Shown here piece after piece: positions 23,681 to 37,251 of a stretch of DNA of 37,623 nucleotides. The stretch lies in contig ADNK01000163.1 of NCBI GenBank assembly GCA_000320545.1, positions 1-37,623 on the forward strand, read 5' to 3'. The translations under genes and the position numbers were made by a program. Origin of the DNA: Bigelowiella natans CCMP2755 (Eukaryota; Protista; Cercozoa). The notes under the pieces were generated by a model, which saw only the letters and a list, made by a program, of their open reading frames with translations, was not told the origin of the DNA and made no database searches. The number at the start of each line of letters is the position of its first letter. Position 1 is the stretch's first letter.

Positions 23681-24525
23681 ACAGTGGTAGCGAACGAACA
23701 AGATTCGGATCAATGGCAAACAGTATTAAGAAAGAAAACTACATCGCACACCACATGCAACTACTGCTACTACTTCTTCTATTCCTACTACTTCTATCGT
23801 GCTATTATCAAATCAATCCACCTTCTTCTTTAAGCTTCTCCATATTCTGCGTGTGGTTCTGGTCGAGCTGCTTCAGCTTGCCGCGGTATTTCCCCTCCAG
23901 CTCCTCCCTCGCCGACTGTAACTTCTCCTCACCCGCCTTGAGGAGCTGCGCCCTCCTCTCGCTCTCGAGCTCATTCAGCGCTCTCAGCTCTACCTCATAC
24001 TTGGCCTTCAATTCCTTCTTTGTGTTCGCGAGTTTCTCCTCGTACTGCCGTCGCTGTTGCTGAAGGGCTTCCAAGTTCTCGCTCTCCAGGTTCCTAATAT
24101 CCGCTTTGTACTTCTCCTCCACCGCATTCGCCCTCTCGCGGTGCTGCTTCACTATCTTCCGTAGGTCCTTCTCAAACTGGAACCGATCGACCGAATATGG
24201 TAGGGCAGGGGAAGGATGGGGGAGGGGGGGGGGAGAGGGTATAATCTTCAAAAGAAAGGTGAAAGGGACATGAAAGTATTTGATTGGGAGAGACACCGAT
24301 GAGTTGCTAATGTCACTACGACACTGTGTCGTGGTAGGACAAAGTCATCGGTGTTTGCAGCTGCCCAGAATCTTATAATTAGAAAAAAAAAAATCACTTC
24401 GAATTTCATGCTCCCATCGTTTGTTTCTCGTCGTTGGCACTAAATACCGACAACATCCTTTTCTCGTATTTTCTAAAGAATGCTCAATCTTTATCATTTA
24501 CCGATTATCGATTGTACGGTACACA

Positions 24526-24581
<56 letters not shown>

Positions 24582-25182
24582 CACGTTGACACACACACAC
24601 ACACACACACACGTACCTCTGTAGCGTGCAAGCGCTTTTCCCTTTCCACTTCACCGTGGTGAGTCTTCCAAAGACTTTCCTGCTCAGCGAGCGAATTGGT
24701 GATCGTTTCCTGCAACATTGCTGCTCCACGCCCCCCCGGATTCAAAACCGTATCCCCCAGTTTCGCTGGTCCCCCCCCCCTTCCCATATTTTGCGCTGAC
24801 ACCGACGGCGTGCCCCCACTGTCGTCCTCACTGGCGCCCTTTATTTCGGCCCCCAGCTTTCGAATCTCAGTGTCTCTTAAAGCTGTTAGCCGCGATTTGT
24901 GCTGCCGATCCAGATCTGTTAGGGATTTGGACAGTTTTGCCTCGAAGCTCTTTCGCAACAACCTTCGCCATGCTTTCAGCGACTCGTTGATTCGCTTGAG
25001 TTCCTGTGCCGTCGTCGCTGCTTTCTTCCTCCGCCGTTGGCTTGCGGACTCCCTGAGGCTCTTTTCACTCGTAGCAAACTCTCCCTTGATCTATAGTTGC
25101 AGCAGCGCGTGATGAGAGAACATAAGTGTGAGTAGTGTCGAGAGTCGTCCCATTTATGTTTTGGAGCCTTCTATCTTCATAT

Positions 25183-25213
<31 letters not shown>

Positions 25214-27870
25214 AACAGCAACGGTTATTACCTTTTCAATAATGCCTCTGACCCTCCTCTTGTACTTGTCCAGCTGCAGTAGTGAAGGAATGGTGGGGGT
25301 TAAGAGTAGGAGGAACAAGAGGAACGCGTCGATGCACTCATGTTCGCATGTCACACACAACACACACACACACACTATATCATATATTCAGAGACCTTAT
25401 ACAATCGTGCAAGCGTAAAATACATGCGAGTGGCATCATCACGTACGTGCGTGTTTTTGATGTAAGAAGGGGAAGAAAAACCTTTGCTTTTTCATCAGCA
25501 ATTCGCTGCTTCTTCTCAAGCTCATCCTTCATCTTTACCTCCTCTAACTCTTGATTCTTCTGCTCCTTTACCTGCGCATAAATGCAATTAAAGCGTTACT
25601 CGGTGTACATATCTCACGTAAATTATCTTTACATAAAATTCTATTCAGAGAGAGAGAGGCTGATGTCACTATGCGTCGGTTAGCCCCCGTGACTACCACG
25701 ACGAAAAGTATTTTGTCTATCCCCATCATCTGCCTACCAGAGAGAGATTCTGCTCGTGCCTTTCCTTTAGCTTTTCTTCCTCTGCTGCGTTCGCTTTGAT
25801 CTACAAATAAAGGACAAGAGCAAGGTAGCACGTCACGGAATGAATTTGGGCTGTAAGAAGGGCAAATGGAGGGAGGAGGAAAATTGTCCCCCCCCCCACC
25901 CCCCGTATCAATTTGCAACCCCTACGTACAACATTGGTGCCGTGCCGCTTCAAAGGTTATCATTATCATTTTAACATTGCCTGACCAGTTTTTGTATCTC
26001 CTCTTTGAATTCTGTGTTAATTGCTGCGGCACGAGGGTAATGGAGGTGGGAGGGAAGGGGGAGGGGCAGTAGAGGAAGGGGTTAAAAATGGCGACGACAT
26101 AGAAGCAGATCAAGTCTCTGATGCTACTAGTATCGCCAGCAGAGTAGGAGGTGGGACATGTGCACATGTGCAAGGAACTAATATTTTAATGGAACTTTAG
26201 GAGGGAGATGGAGAGAGAGAGAGAGAGAGAAAATGCAGTTACACAATAGATGTATTCGTTTTGGAGGGAAATTTGTTTTACCGATGTTGTGTTCCTCCAT
26301 TTGATGAATTTTGGCCATATTTCGCTGGACTAATGCCCGCAGATTCGACCCAACGTCACCTCTGAAGGAGTCACATTTTACAATTCAATAAGGTAGCTCC
26401 CTCTCCCCTTCCTTCTCCCGCTCTCTTAACATACAACATTTTTGTATATGGGTACAGATCATACACAAATATTACGTAACCATTCGTGTACGCATTGTGT
26501 GCATTTGTGGGATGTGTGAGCTCTTTCTTCTAGAGTGACCCTTGACTTTCCTGACCGCCCCCCTCCTTCTTTTCGTCGCCCTGTTCGCCATCCGTCCATC
26601 GATCCTAAACAATGCGGGGAGCGATAAACAGCGCATAGATAGGTCACAGACATAGCTCGGTTCGTGGTATCCTCCATGATCCACACTCTTGGCTCTCCAT
26701 CTCTCTTAATCACAGAGGTGGAAGGAAGGAGATTTGGTGATGGGAACTCGGAAGATTCGTATATGACAAACAAACACACACACACAAAGAGAGAGAGGGG
26801 GGGGGGGAGGGAGTGTTGGTCTGTAGGTGCGTGCGACCACGTAAGACTTCATTTTTCCTTGCAGTTCTTTGCAGATCCTAGCATATTGAATACGATTGAC
26901 GAAGAAGTATTCAGTAATACGCCTTTATGCGTGTGCTGTGTGCTGAGTGCTGCAGCGATAGTAACCCACGGAAATGCCCACACACACTCACATACACACG
27001 TCCGACGCATCTACACGCACATATACACACAACCTAATGGCCTCATTATCAGTTTCCTTCATGTCAGGACTTATCAGCTTCTCCATCGCCGTGCTCACAT
27101 GCTCTGAGTGGTGGTGGTGGTGGTGGTGTAGTGGTGGTAAGAAGAGCCCACGACGTCATCAGAATACATTCTCCTCCCTATTCGTAAGGCCCGTGGAAAA
27201 AAACTCTTTCCTTTCTCGGTACATGCATGCGGGTATGTAGTGCGTGTTTCATCGCCAAATTTACCCCCACCACCCCCATCTGACTGACCTTCGAGCTCCC
27301 CAGCCAGCAGAATCATTTCGTCCATCTTTCCTATTTCGATGCGCTTGATCGTGTCGCGGGCACGTTTGGCATCCCTTTTCGCCTCCTGTATCTCCCGATC
27401 AGTAGCGAAGATAATGTCAGCGAACTCGCGGGAGCATTCGTCGGCTATTTTCCTCTTATCGGCTGCAGCAGCTGCGAGCTCCTGTCGCATGCTGAGAAGC
27501 TCTTCGTTCAGTCTCGTGATCTCTCTGTCAAAGATGGCGACGGGTGGGAGAGAATACACAAAATTCATAAATTTCTTATGCGTGAAACGCGCTAACGACG
27601 ACTCGCTGCCATGCAATCAGAAATGAACATATTGTGCGCATGGAGGACAAGATGCGGATCCAGAAACAGCGTATAATGTTTTCGTGCGCGGGGATGGTGA
27701 GAGCAGTCCTTTGTCTTCTCCCAAGCACAAGGCATTGTATTTGAGTGCATGTGCATGTGTGTTTATTCCACACTACTCGCTCTTCTTCTCGGCTTGGTCT
27801 CTTTCCCGCTGCACAAGCGCTTGCATTTCCTAACACCCACACACATACACACACACACACATAGACAGAC

Positions 27871-27917
<47 letters not shown>

Positions 27918-29308
27918 GACGAACTCATCGAGAATCGCTGTTATGAGGCTAAGCAACAAATTTATTTGCGACAGTGTGGTGCTCCTTTTGAAAGTAAAGC
28001 TCCCCTCTCTCTCCAAACGTGAAAAACATTAAGTAGAATCTGCGCGTACCTTTAGTTTGCTCTCGAGATCATCTCTTTTTGCCTATAAGCAGCAAGACAC
28101 GTTCATAAATGCGGAGGTCACACATGTCTGACATAGGGCAGATGTAATCCATATACACACATGGATAAGCACCCCATTCTCTCTAAATTGTTATAAAATG
28201 CACGCTACTTGTCCCTACCCCTGGCCCCTTGAATTTAAATGCAATTTTGGTCATCTATCTGCTCTGACCAAACCCCCCACCATCCCCCCCCCCCTCCTGC
28301 TTTTGTTCCACCACCTTGTTTTCCGTCAGAAGATCTTGATAATACATCTCGAACGCATCCTCCTGCAGCTCGAGCTCGGCAGCCCTCTGCATCATCTTCA
28401 GATCGCCCATGCGGGATGGCTGTGATAAGCCTTCCTCCGCCTCTCGTTTCTTCGTGCTCATCATGTACTCAAACTGCAGCATTGCCTTCTCCCCGAGGCT
28501 CATCCCCCCCCCCAGGGCATCATCAAACGCCTTGCTGTCGTCGTCGTTGTTTGTGGGGTTGGAAGAATGTTGAATCGAAAGAAGCGGACTCCTTTTCTTC
28601 GGCTGCTGCGTGCCCCTCCTCCTTCCAACTCTGCTGACACTAGAGCCCTTGATCGCGCGCACTTCGTCTATGTGAGCGCGCTTGAACTTCGAGTCTGCGC
28701 CCTCGTGCAGCTTCAGAAGTGTGGAGCGGGAGCTCTCGTAGTCCTCCAAGATGCCGTCAAGCATCGCCAGGGAGTCCTGTTTAACAACGACAGACGAAAA
28801 CGTCGGTAACAGAATTCAGTGGGTGACTATACGTCAACATCAGCGGTTTTCCTTGCGCCCCTCCCAACTATGCTCAGCATGAGCACGATGCGACCTGATT
28901 TATAGGCGCACCGCCCTGGCCTCCCTTTAAGATCTCGCTGCTTGCCAGCACCCGAGAGTACATCTCCCCCCACAAAGTGTCGCACATCCCACGAGTTCTC
29001 TCATGGCTCTGATAAGTGGGCAGAAACAGAAAGGAGAGGATGATAACCGTGCACACATTAAATAGATTGAATCTACGACGGAGCTAATTCGTTCCAGCAA
29101 CCATCGTATGCGAGATTATATGCCGAGATTCCGATGTAGATCCTTCTCCTTTTCTCCCTCTCTCATGAAATCATGTACCAACATACTTATCCGCACCATA
29201 CGTTCACGCATGTAGCCATCGCACGACCTGTCTCTCAGCTTCCAGCAACTCCTTCAGTCGCACAATTTCACCTAAATTTTGGTTTGGGGAATGCCAAGAG
29301 ATATATAG

Positions 29309-29346
<38 letters not shown>

Positions 29347-29424
29347 GTTGGTGTTGGCAAGCTGATTGTCGTGCATTGACTATCCTCCTCCCCTCGCATT
29401 ATAGAGCTACTCATTTGTAAATGG

Positions 29425-29461
<37 letters not shown>

Positions 29462-29540
29462 TAGGACCCCTGGCATCATCCCCGAGAGATTTACTCTTCT
29501 CTTTCTTATCACTACTCGGCGTATTGGTCGAGGTTTTCAT
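20300..29540 (-). CDS. Large coiled-coil protein with low-complexity C-terminus, unknown family; many exons
   Basis: Minus-strand E/K/R/Q/L-rich helical exons are joined by GT-AG introns, e.g. MKTSTNTPSS.., GEIVRLKELLEAERQ, EITRLNEELLSMRQELAAA, FEKDLRKIVKQHRERANAVEEKYKADIRNLE and LIEELTRKHQEEVERIKKAGEEDL. Disordered S/E/K-rich exons follow (about 21930-20980 and 20826-20300), ending RSRSRSRTRFSMDK*. It could be two adjacent genes. Confidence 0.7.
23150..23465 (-). repeat. Intragenic 168-nt (56-aa) tandem duplication in a coiled-coil exon
   Basis: LIEELTRKHQEEVERIKKAGEEDLQHSLEETKAQDSEERQRLLDDFERT versus LIDELTRRHIEEVEGIKKAGEADLRQNLQEAKARDSRERQRLLLEFENT; equivalent positions 23460 and 23292. 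Confidence 0.9.
24521..24611. repeat. Compound (AC)n(AG)n..(AC)n microsatellite, intronic
   Basis: Read directly; lies in a coiled-coil-gene intron. Confidence 0.95.
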
Positions 29541-29929
29541 GGAGCTGGTGAAAAGAGGAAGAGCTTCAAGGCGAAGAGCTGGTAAACTGGCGCAGTAGGC
29601 GAACTAGGATGGAGGGATTGGGGGTCTCCATTGGGGGCTAGCAGTTAGATGCCCAAATCTGACCCAAAATTGGAAAATCACAGGGTATTTTTGATGTGCG
29701 ACTCGACATAAACCGAGGCTTCTCGCCCAGATTCCTTGCTTTTTCCACTGGTCTTTTTTTTGAATTTTTCCGCCGCAAGTTCAAATTTTGAATTTCGGAA
29801 TTCGAATTTTTATGTTTCCTGGATAATAGTGAGAGAAAACGCCCTTGGGATTTCCCCCTGCGACAACCAAAACTCTGTCCGAACGGAAATTCGTCGGTTT
29901 CCGGTGCTCCCCTTCTCCCCCCGGCCGCC
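29541..29929. promoter_or_regulatory. Putative bidirectional promoter coiled-coil gene / BTAF1
   Basis: 389 bp between divergent starts, with a T-rich core and the palindrome TTCAAA-T-TTTGAA at 29780-29792. Confidence 0.6.
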
Positions 29930-31728
29930 ATGTCGAGCCCGGCGCCCTCTTCGTCCTCGCCTTCCAGGCTTGAGCGACTGCTCAAATTGCTTGAAGGTGC
30001 CATCCTCTCCAGATCCTCATGGTGGAGGCCTTATATCATTGTTGCTTGTCTTTAGATGCCCCCAGCGCATCGGCCCGTCTCGCTGCTTCGAACCAGATTG
30101 CTGAGCTGTGCCCGTCAAGATTTGAAGTATGTGGAACCACAGGGGGAAAATAAATAATGGCTTCAAACAGATAGTCTTCGCTTTTCGCTATAGTGACGAA
30201 TTGATGCAGAACAAGCACACATCATACGCTTCTTCTTTCAGGAAAGTGTCGGAATGATCCTCAGGGTAGTGCCGTACCTGAAGTCAGCAAATTGGGACAC
30301 AAGAGTGGCGGCAGGTTTGATCAAACTTGCCTCCCTGATGTATACAGGGTGTCGATAGTTGAAGCTAGATTATGAAAAATAGGTCGGGTGCTGGAAGGAA
30401 TCGCCAGGAAGTTCTCCGGAAGCAACGCAGGAAAGAGTCGCACAGTGAAGTCGGAAGTCGCAGAAGTTAAAAGCAGCGGTTTCGAGCTGGAAGCGTTCGA
30501 TATAAGGTTGGTAATTGACCCTGTTCTATGATTGATCTAACAATGAAGCACGTTAGCATAATCATATTGTTGCTTGCGTTTGTGGTCCCCTGCTGCACGT
30601 CCTCGCAGTCTCGCTTTACAGCAGCCGCCGCTTCTCGCTGATGAGGTAGAAACAACCCGTTCGCACATACTACTTTCGTCCAACCAGAAGTGCTTTTTCA
30701 ACTTCGAACCAATCAATCTAAGTCACCATTTCAAGGAGTACCATGATGGTGATTCTGCCTTTGGAACTCATCATCATCTATCAACGCAGAGGGCGGAGGG
30801 GCTGCCTGAGGGCCAAGTTTGGGATGTAAGATTGCCTACTGGCACAGAAGAGGAAGTGACTACTCCATCGTTGCTACACACACTAATGAAGAGTAGAGAG
30901 GCTTGGCGATTAGGTTGTAGCGTAGTAGTGCAGTAGTATTGTAGTAGTAGCGGTTTGATAAAATTGCGCAGTTGATCGTCCGTGCCTCCTCTGAGATGCT
31001 GCTTCTGCACGGTTCTGCCAGGAATGAAAACCAAGTTTCCGACAGGCTACTCCTCGCAGCAACAGCAGAAGACGAATCCCGTATCATCATCTTCATTGGT
31101 AGCCAGCGGGTCGAATAATAGGCCACCTGTGAAGATGGAAACCGAGCGTCCGGGAAACACCGACATCCCCAGCCTCGATGAGACGAAGGTGCATCTTCAC
31201 TATAAACTATATTTCCGCCCCTTTGTATTTACCAGTCCAGCTTCTTCCTGCCTGAAAATGAAAGGAGTGGCGTGCAACCGTTCATTTACTTGTCTTATGG
31301 CCACCACTTCAGCAGCTGAGCGCAAGGGAGCGTGCTGTGCTACGGCGACAGAGAAAGCGAAAAGCTGGCGCTGCTGACTTATCGGTGTCTTCTTCGAATG
31401 CCTCCTCTTCCACGAGAGCGAAGCTGTCCAACAGGAAGAGGGGTAACACCAGCGACAGGACGCCATTAGCGAGGATCTTCATGAAGCCCTTGGTGCAAGG
31501 GGAATGGGTCTTGGCCTCTCTCTGCAGGTAGCTTCTCCACTCATATGTAGTGCTGCTGATTTAATAGAGGAGGAGAGAGGAGGAGAAGGAGGAGGGTTAC
31601 ATATGTCAGATAGTCAATGGGACGAGTGCGGCGTATTGTTTTTCAAATAAAAAAGAGGAAGCACACTGTACACAACTACCTCTCTCTCTCTTCCTCCCAC
31701 CCCCCCCCCCCCCCCCCCCTTTTTTTTT

Positions 31729-31773
<45 letters not shown>

Positions 31774-33414
31774 GTCGTCTCAGGACGTTGGGATATGATT
31801 CACCCTAATTGGGAATTTAGCCAGGGGGCAGGTCCAGCAATATGTATAATATGGAATTAAATCCAAACCAACATATTGCAAAGGAAAAAATTGCCCCAAG
31901 AGGGGGGGGGGGGGGGGGGGCGACAAAAGAAGAAGGAGAAGAACAAGACGAAGAAGAACAAGACGACGACGACGGCAAAACAGAATGAAGAACATCGACG
32001 CGATTGAATTCCTTAACGGTATTTGTGTATTTTTATCTCTCTCATTTTCTCTCTCGGTTAGGCATTGGACTCCGAAGTTTGCTCCGTTTTGCACCGCGGC
32101 GGCAGCAGTACGGCGTGAAGACTGAAGATGGGGAGGAGGTCGCAAGAGAAGATCATCAGTGGATTTTGGAAGTATCGTTCGTTTTGCTGGGACTGCTAAC
32201 ATTGGACAAATTCGCGGACCATGCAGGTCGGTCGTAATCAAGCAGCACGGATGGAAGTCATGATACATATTTGTGTGGTATGCGGTGTTATCATGTGGTT
32301 ACTTATACACACACACACACACAAACACACACATGCAGGGGAAATCGTGGTTGCACCAGTCAGAGAAACGGCGGCGCAGGTCATTTCAAAACATAAGACC
32401 CTTATGGCAATGATAGCATATTGGAAGAGAAGGAGGGGGGAGAAGGAGGAGGAGGAGGAGGAGGAGGAGGAGGAGGAGGAGAGGCAGAGGAACAAGTGGA
32501 AAGAATCACCTTCTTGAGTTTGATCATCATTAAACATCTCCTTCTTGAGTTTGACCATCATTATTGACTCACACTTCCTCCCAAAAACCCCCCCCCCCCC
32601 CCCCCCTTCCCTTTCTCTCTCACGGCTTGTGTCACAAAGGCGCTGGGATTGCTGTGCTTATTCTGCCCTCGTTCCTGCCTCGACTGGATGTGGCATCAAC
32701 TGGAGACACTTACCACCGCTAGGGACTGGTCTTCACGGTAGCAATAGTAGTAGTATAGCAGTAGTAGGAGCAGCAGTAGTGATACTTCGACGACGTGCAC
32801 GAAAGCGCATTTTAGGTGAGCAGGCATCTCTTTGCATTATTTCGCAGCTTCACGGGATTTCTCGGTATCAAGTACTTGCTGGCCGTGAGACCCGATTTCC
32901 TTGCCGCGTCGGTGGCCAGCGTCAAATCAATGGGGGCGGCGTTGAGAATCTACGAAAAGGGCCTCAAGGACAAGGTCCAATAGATATGAGAATCCAGAGC
33001 GAAATGCCACGAGTAGAGGGCGGGGGGGGGGGGTTCATTTTCATGCGTGGACGGCCCTTTTGAGCGTGCAAGGGGCGACCAAGGACGCATACTGCACATT
33101 GCGAAGCATTGACGTTGCTATGTTTTGTCGCAGGTTGAAGACGTGCGTGGCGAGTGCGCAGGTTGTTCCCCTTCTAGGCTATTCTCTCTGCTGCTACTAT
33201 TGCTGCTACTACTACCACGCCTATCCCTCCACTCATGTGGTTGACTCTGTTGTTGTCTCATACTTTCCATCGTCGTCTTGCCCGCAACCAACAAACAAAC
33301 AAATAGGTTGCTTGCTGGTGATCATGCACCACTGCTCGGAGCTGATAGACGCGCTGGGACAGAGTCTGATTGAGCCGCTTTGGAGCTCTCTCGAGTAAAG
33401 AGATTCCACCGAGA

Positions 33415-33445
<31 letters not shown>

Positions 33446-36400
33446 TTTAAGCGCCCATCAGCAACTACCGGTGATGAACCTTGCAATCGCGCTAGTTTTA
33501 ATTTTTAAAAAAAGTCAAAAGTGGCATGTATGCCGTCATTGTTTCCTCCTCGCCGAAGACTCGGTAAAAGGAGCACGAAGAAGAACAACTGTCAGGATCA
33601 TGGCGCGATCGTTTGTGCGTTTGTCCTTTCCCCCCTTCCTTCGCTCCTTCTTCTAATATCCGGCCAACTTATTGCAGGGACCTTGACGAGCTATCAGCTG
33701 CTTCCGCGACCATCATTCCCGTGATTGCGAAGATATACAACAATAACAACGCCACCAGCAAAGGCCACGCTACCAGCAGCCAGGTCGCTATGGAGTGAAC
33801 AAAAAAAGAACGACTGAAGGAAAAACATGCTTCTCCACAAACCCGCCAGCATCATCATCACCACCGCCACAACACCAACAAATGCATGAGAAATAAAAGG
33901 GGGGGGGGGAGAATGGATGAGAAAGGGCGCGTACAATTCTTCTTTTCCGTTTCTGTCTATTCTGTGTGGTAATTTCCCGGTGGTGGCGGCGTTTATTCGT
34001 TGCAGACGGCGCGCTCTCACAGATCAACAATGGAGCTTCTATCGATGCTGCCGCGTCTATATCCGTTCGTCACTCACACGATGGAATCCGTTGCTTTAAG
34101 CACTGTGAAATCAATCAACGACGCTCTGATTAGTATCTCGTCCCCCGCAGCGCTATCACCAACTTCCTCGCAGCTCCAAGGCTCCATTGCGGCTACACTT
34201 CGGGAAGCCTGGATTCTGCTTGTGCAAAGCGCGATTTTCGATCAGAGACCGAATGTGGCAAGGTCACTATCCATCAATACGAGCGGAATGTTATAGCACT
34301 CGTGAGAAAAGAGCCAACAAACATCCTATCCTCCCCCTCCCCCCCCACCCCCTTCCCTTCCCCTTTCTCACTCACAGCGCATCTATGGCCGGATTCGAGG
34401 GGCTGATATTGCGACCCTGGTCGTCGATAAACCAAAACCGCTGCGCTCTCTACACCTCAGCGTTCCCGCGACTGCTCCGCATCTCAGAGACCGCGGTGTT
34501 GTTTTTTTGGACGTTACCCATCCTCGCATCCAAAATACCTCTCATGCACCCACACACGCACGAGCGCGCGCGCATACACACACTGGAGGGTTGTTCTCAG
34601 AGTTGAAGTGCATGATGCAAACAAATTGCTCTTCTGAGAGTATTGGCTCAAAACAAGATATCCACGCAGATTGGGTCTTTGGTAGAGGCAAGTCTCGTCT
34701 TCGAAGCAACAATGACAGGGGGGGGGCAAAACCTTCAGCCTTTACAGCAGAAATACGGTTCGGATGCCTCAGAGGTAGATTTCCCCCGTATATACCCTAC
34801 CAAGGACATTGATGATGATGATGATGATGATTTTGATGAAGCTTTATTAAACCGAGAGCGCTCCAACATCGACACCTTTATTTTAGAATACAGAAGATAG
34901 TAATAGCTTCTCGTTCGTGCCGGTGAGGCGATGGAACAAAATCTTAGATGACTTTTGCCATGTGTCACCGCTTGATAAGCTAGGAGTTTCTTGAAGGTTT
35001 TCGCTGCCGCTGATATATTTGATTTGAAACATTTTTGTACGAAAAACTTGCAATGACGACGATGACGATGTAGCTAAAACGCGTACTCCAGGAAGGGAAA
35101 GGTGGACCCCCCCCCCCCCCCCCCCCCTAATCCTGTCCCCCCAAATTTGGTGGTTGATATTTAAAAACCGAATTTTCATCCCAATTCAAAATCCTTGGGT
35201 TGGGAATGGGAGAGGGACCCCTGCTCTTCGGCAGCAGCCTTTTGAGGAAAAACTCCCTTTTCCCCATCCTCGGGGTTGCTGTTGTTTTTTTTTGTGGGGG
35301 GCAGGGCTTTTTTTGCAAAACCGCCCGGAGGATTTTTCCCCCCACCTTTCCGGGAATGACCTGGGAACTTTTGATCTGCAAAAAGTTCTGTACCCCCCCG
35401 AAGGGGCCCAGGGAGCAGGGAAAACCCCCCTCCTCTTTTTCAGCCCATATACCAACGCACACGCACGTACATGGGATGTATATAATAGCCTAAATTTCTA
35501 ACGATAAGCACGCAGCATCAGCATTATTCTAATCTTCTCCTCCTCCTCCTCCTCCTCCTCCTCGTTAGGAGCCAGCACCCCTGTGATATCCGTCATCGAG
35601 CATATGTTAGAAGGAGGCAGCAGCAGCACTGTCTCAGGGAAAATATTGTACGCACTTTCCCTCACTGTTGCGGAGGCAATGCGAAGGTTATCATTTCCTC
35701 GTTTCTTTGAAACCATCGCCATTGTGACTGGTGAGGGAGGGGTGGAAGAGAATCGCTGATGATTTATATTTTCCGGCAGATATTGCGACCTGCGAGAGGG
35801 AAAGTCTGGCATTGATAAAGGTACGTAAGCCAAGGGGGGAGGGGAGGGGGGGAGGTGCCATTGAACGCCTATAGGAACGATTATGAATACTCTGTCATCC
35901 TCCTCGCCCTCCTCCCCATCATCATCAGAGCTGCGGAAAAGCTCCGGCGTGGCTAAACCTCCGGACCTTACCAAGCTCCACAAGCTTCTCTACCAACTCG
36001 TAAACTCTTGCTTTTTCCATCATGTTTGTTGTTGATGATGACGACGACGACGACGACGACGATGATGATGGTGATTGAGAAGGAAAGAGAGCGGGGCCCA
36101 AAAGCTCTCGATGAAGCTTACGATACATACAGAATATACTATGTATTGCAGCTCGGCGCGAAGGAGCTCTACTTCACCGAGATGATGCCGGGAATGAAAC
36201 GAATCGCTCGTCTGTCGCAGGTGGGCGCTTTCTAGCTTTCATCCCCCCCCCCCATCCCCTCCTTCCGAGTAGGAGGCTCAGCGCGCAGCGGGTACAAGAT
36301 GATACGTTGCGCAACACGGGCTTTGTTAAGCTCTCGTGAGTGTGAGAGAGGGAAATTACGACGGTGTGTTTCTCCGCAAGCGCTTGTGTTTTTTCCCCTG

Positions 36401-36905
36401 AGCGCAACAAGCGTATCTTGAGCTTTTTCTTCCATTGTAGGCACTCATGAAAGCTATGGGCAACAACGGTAAATAACTAACTGAAAATGGTGATGATGTT
36501 GCTTTTGCTGCTATTACCGCTCCTGGGGTTATACACCTCCCCCCCCCCCCCCCCCCTTTCGGTATCAGTGTTCCAGTTGATAGCATTTATTCCTCTTTTG
36601 TGCAAATATATGCTGTATGCTATCCGCTGGTTAGTGGACCGCTTCTGTTCTTCCCTCACATCTCTTCCTGCTGCTATCTTCTCCATCCAAGCTGGCGGCG
36701 GCGCTACAAACGTTATCAGTAAGTTATTATTGCGGTTGGGAGCGTATGAAAATCACACAATAGTCATCATGATTATGATTATAATGATGATGCATGAGCT
36801 ACTACGCTTTGTTAAGTGTTGCACAGCTCGCAAGTGTCAGCGCCGTTACGATGTGGAAATCAGCGGCATTATTCACCTATTAGAGATTCGTAGTATATGT
36901 GTGAC

Positions 36906-36951
<46 letters not shown>

Positions 36952-37214
36952 CCCCCCCCCCCCCCTTTTTGGAAAAAAAAATGAAATTTATTAACTTCGT
37001 GGGGTTACCCTCAAAACCCCCCCCCCCCTCACCCCTGAAAAAGCCCTTGCACATTAAGGGGTTGCAAAAGGGGGAAATCCCCTCCTTCCCTTCGGGGGTT
37101 AAAAAAGGGAAATTGACCCCCTCCTTTTGTCCAAACCCCCTTTTCATGCTATGTTGTGCTGTGCTGTGTGCATGTATTGCTACTTTCTGAGGACTGGGCG
37201 AGTTTCAATGCGTG

Positions 37215-37251
<37 letters not shown>

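Noticed and set aside
23215-24063. 282-aa plus-strand ORF
   Set aside because: Antisense shadow of the E/K-rich coiled-coil exons; Leu/Ser/Phe-rich with no motif.
34905-34955. Apparent premature stop in BTAF1 (LLVRAGEAMEQNLR*)
   Set aside because: A good donor (G|gtgagg) precedes the stop, and downstream exons resume in a compatible phase.
35100-35450. Homopolymer-rich stretch with ORFs in several frames
   Set aside because: It follows a long poly-C run and looks like low-quality trace sequence. It may hide a BTAF1 exon, but supports no feature.
36487-36984. 165-aa hydrophobic ORF resembling a secreted or membrane protein
   Set aside because: Mostly low-complexity BTAF1 intron sequence; only the ARKCQRRYDVEISGIIHLLEI part is a plausible exon.
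36950-37145. Similar run-rich stretch
   Set aside because: Same artefact signature after (CT)n and poly-C.
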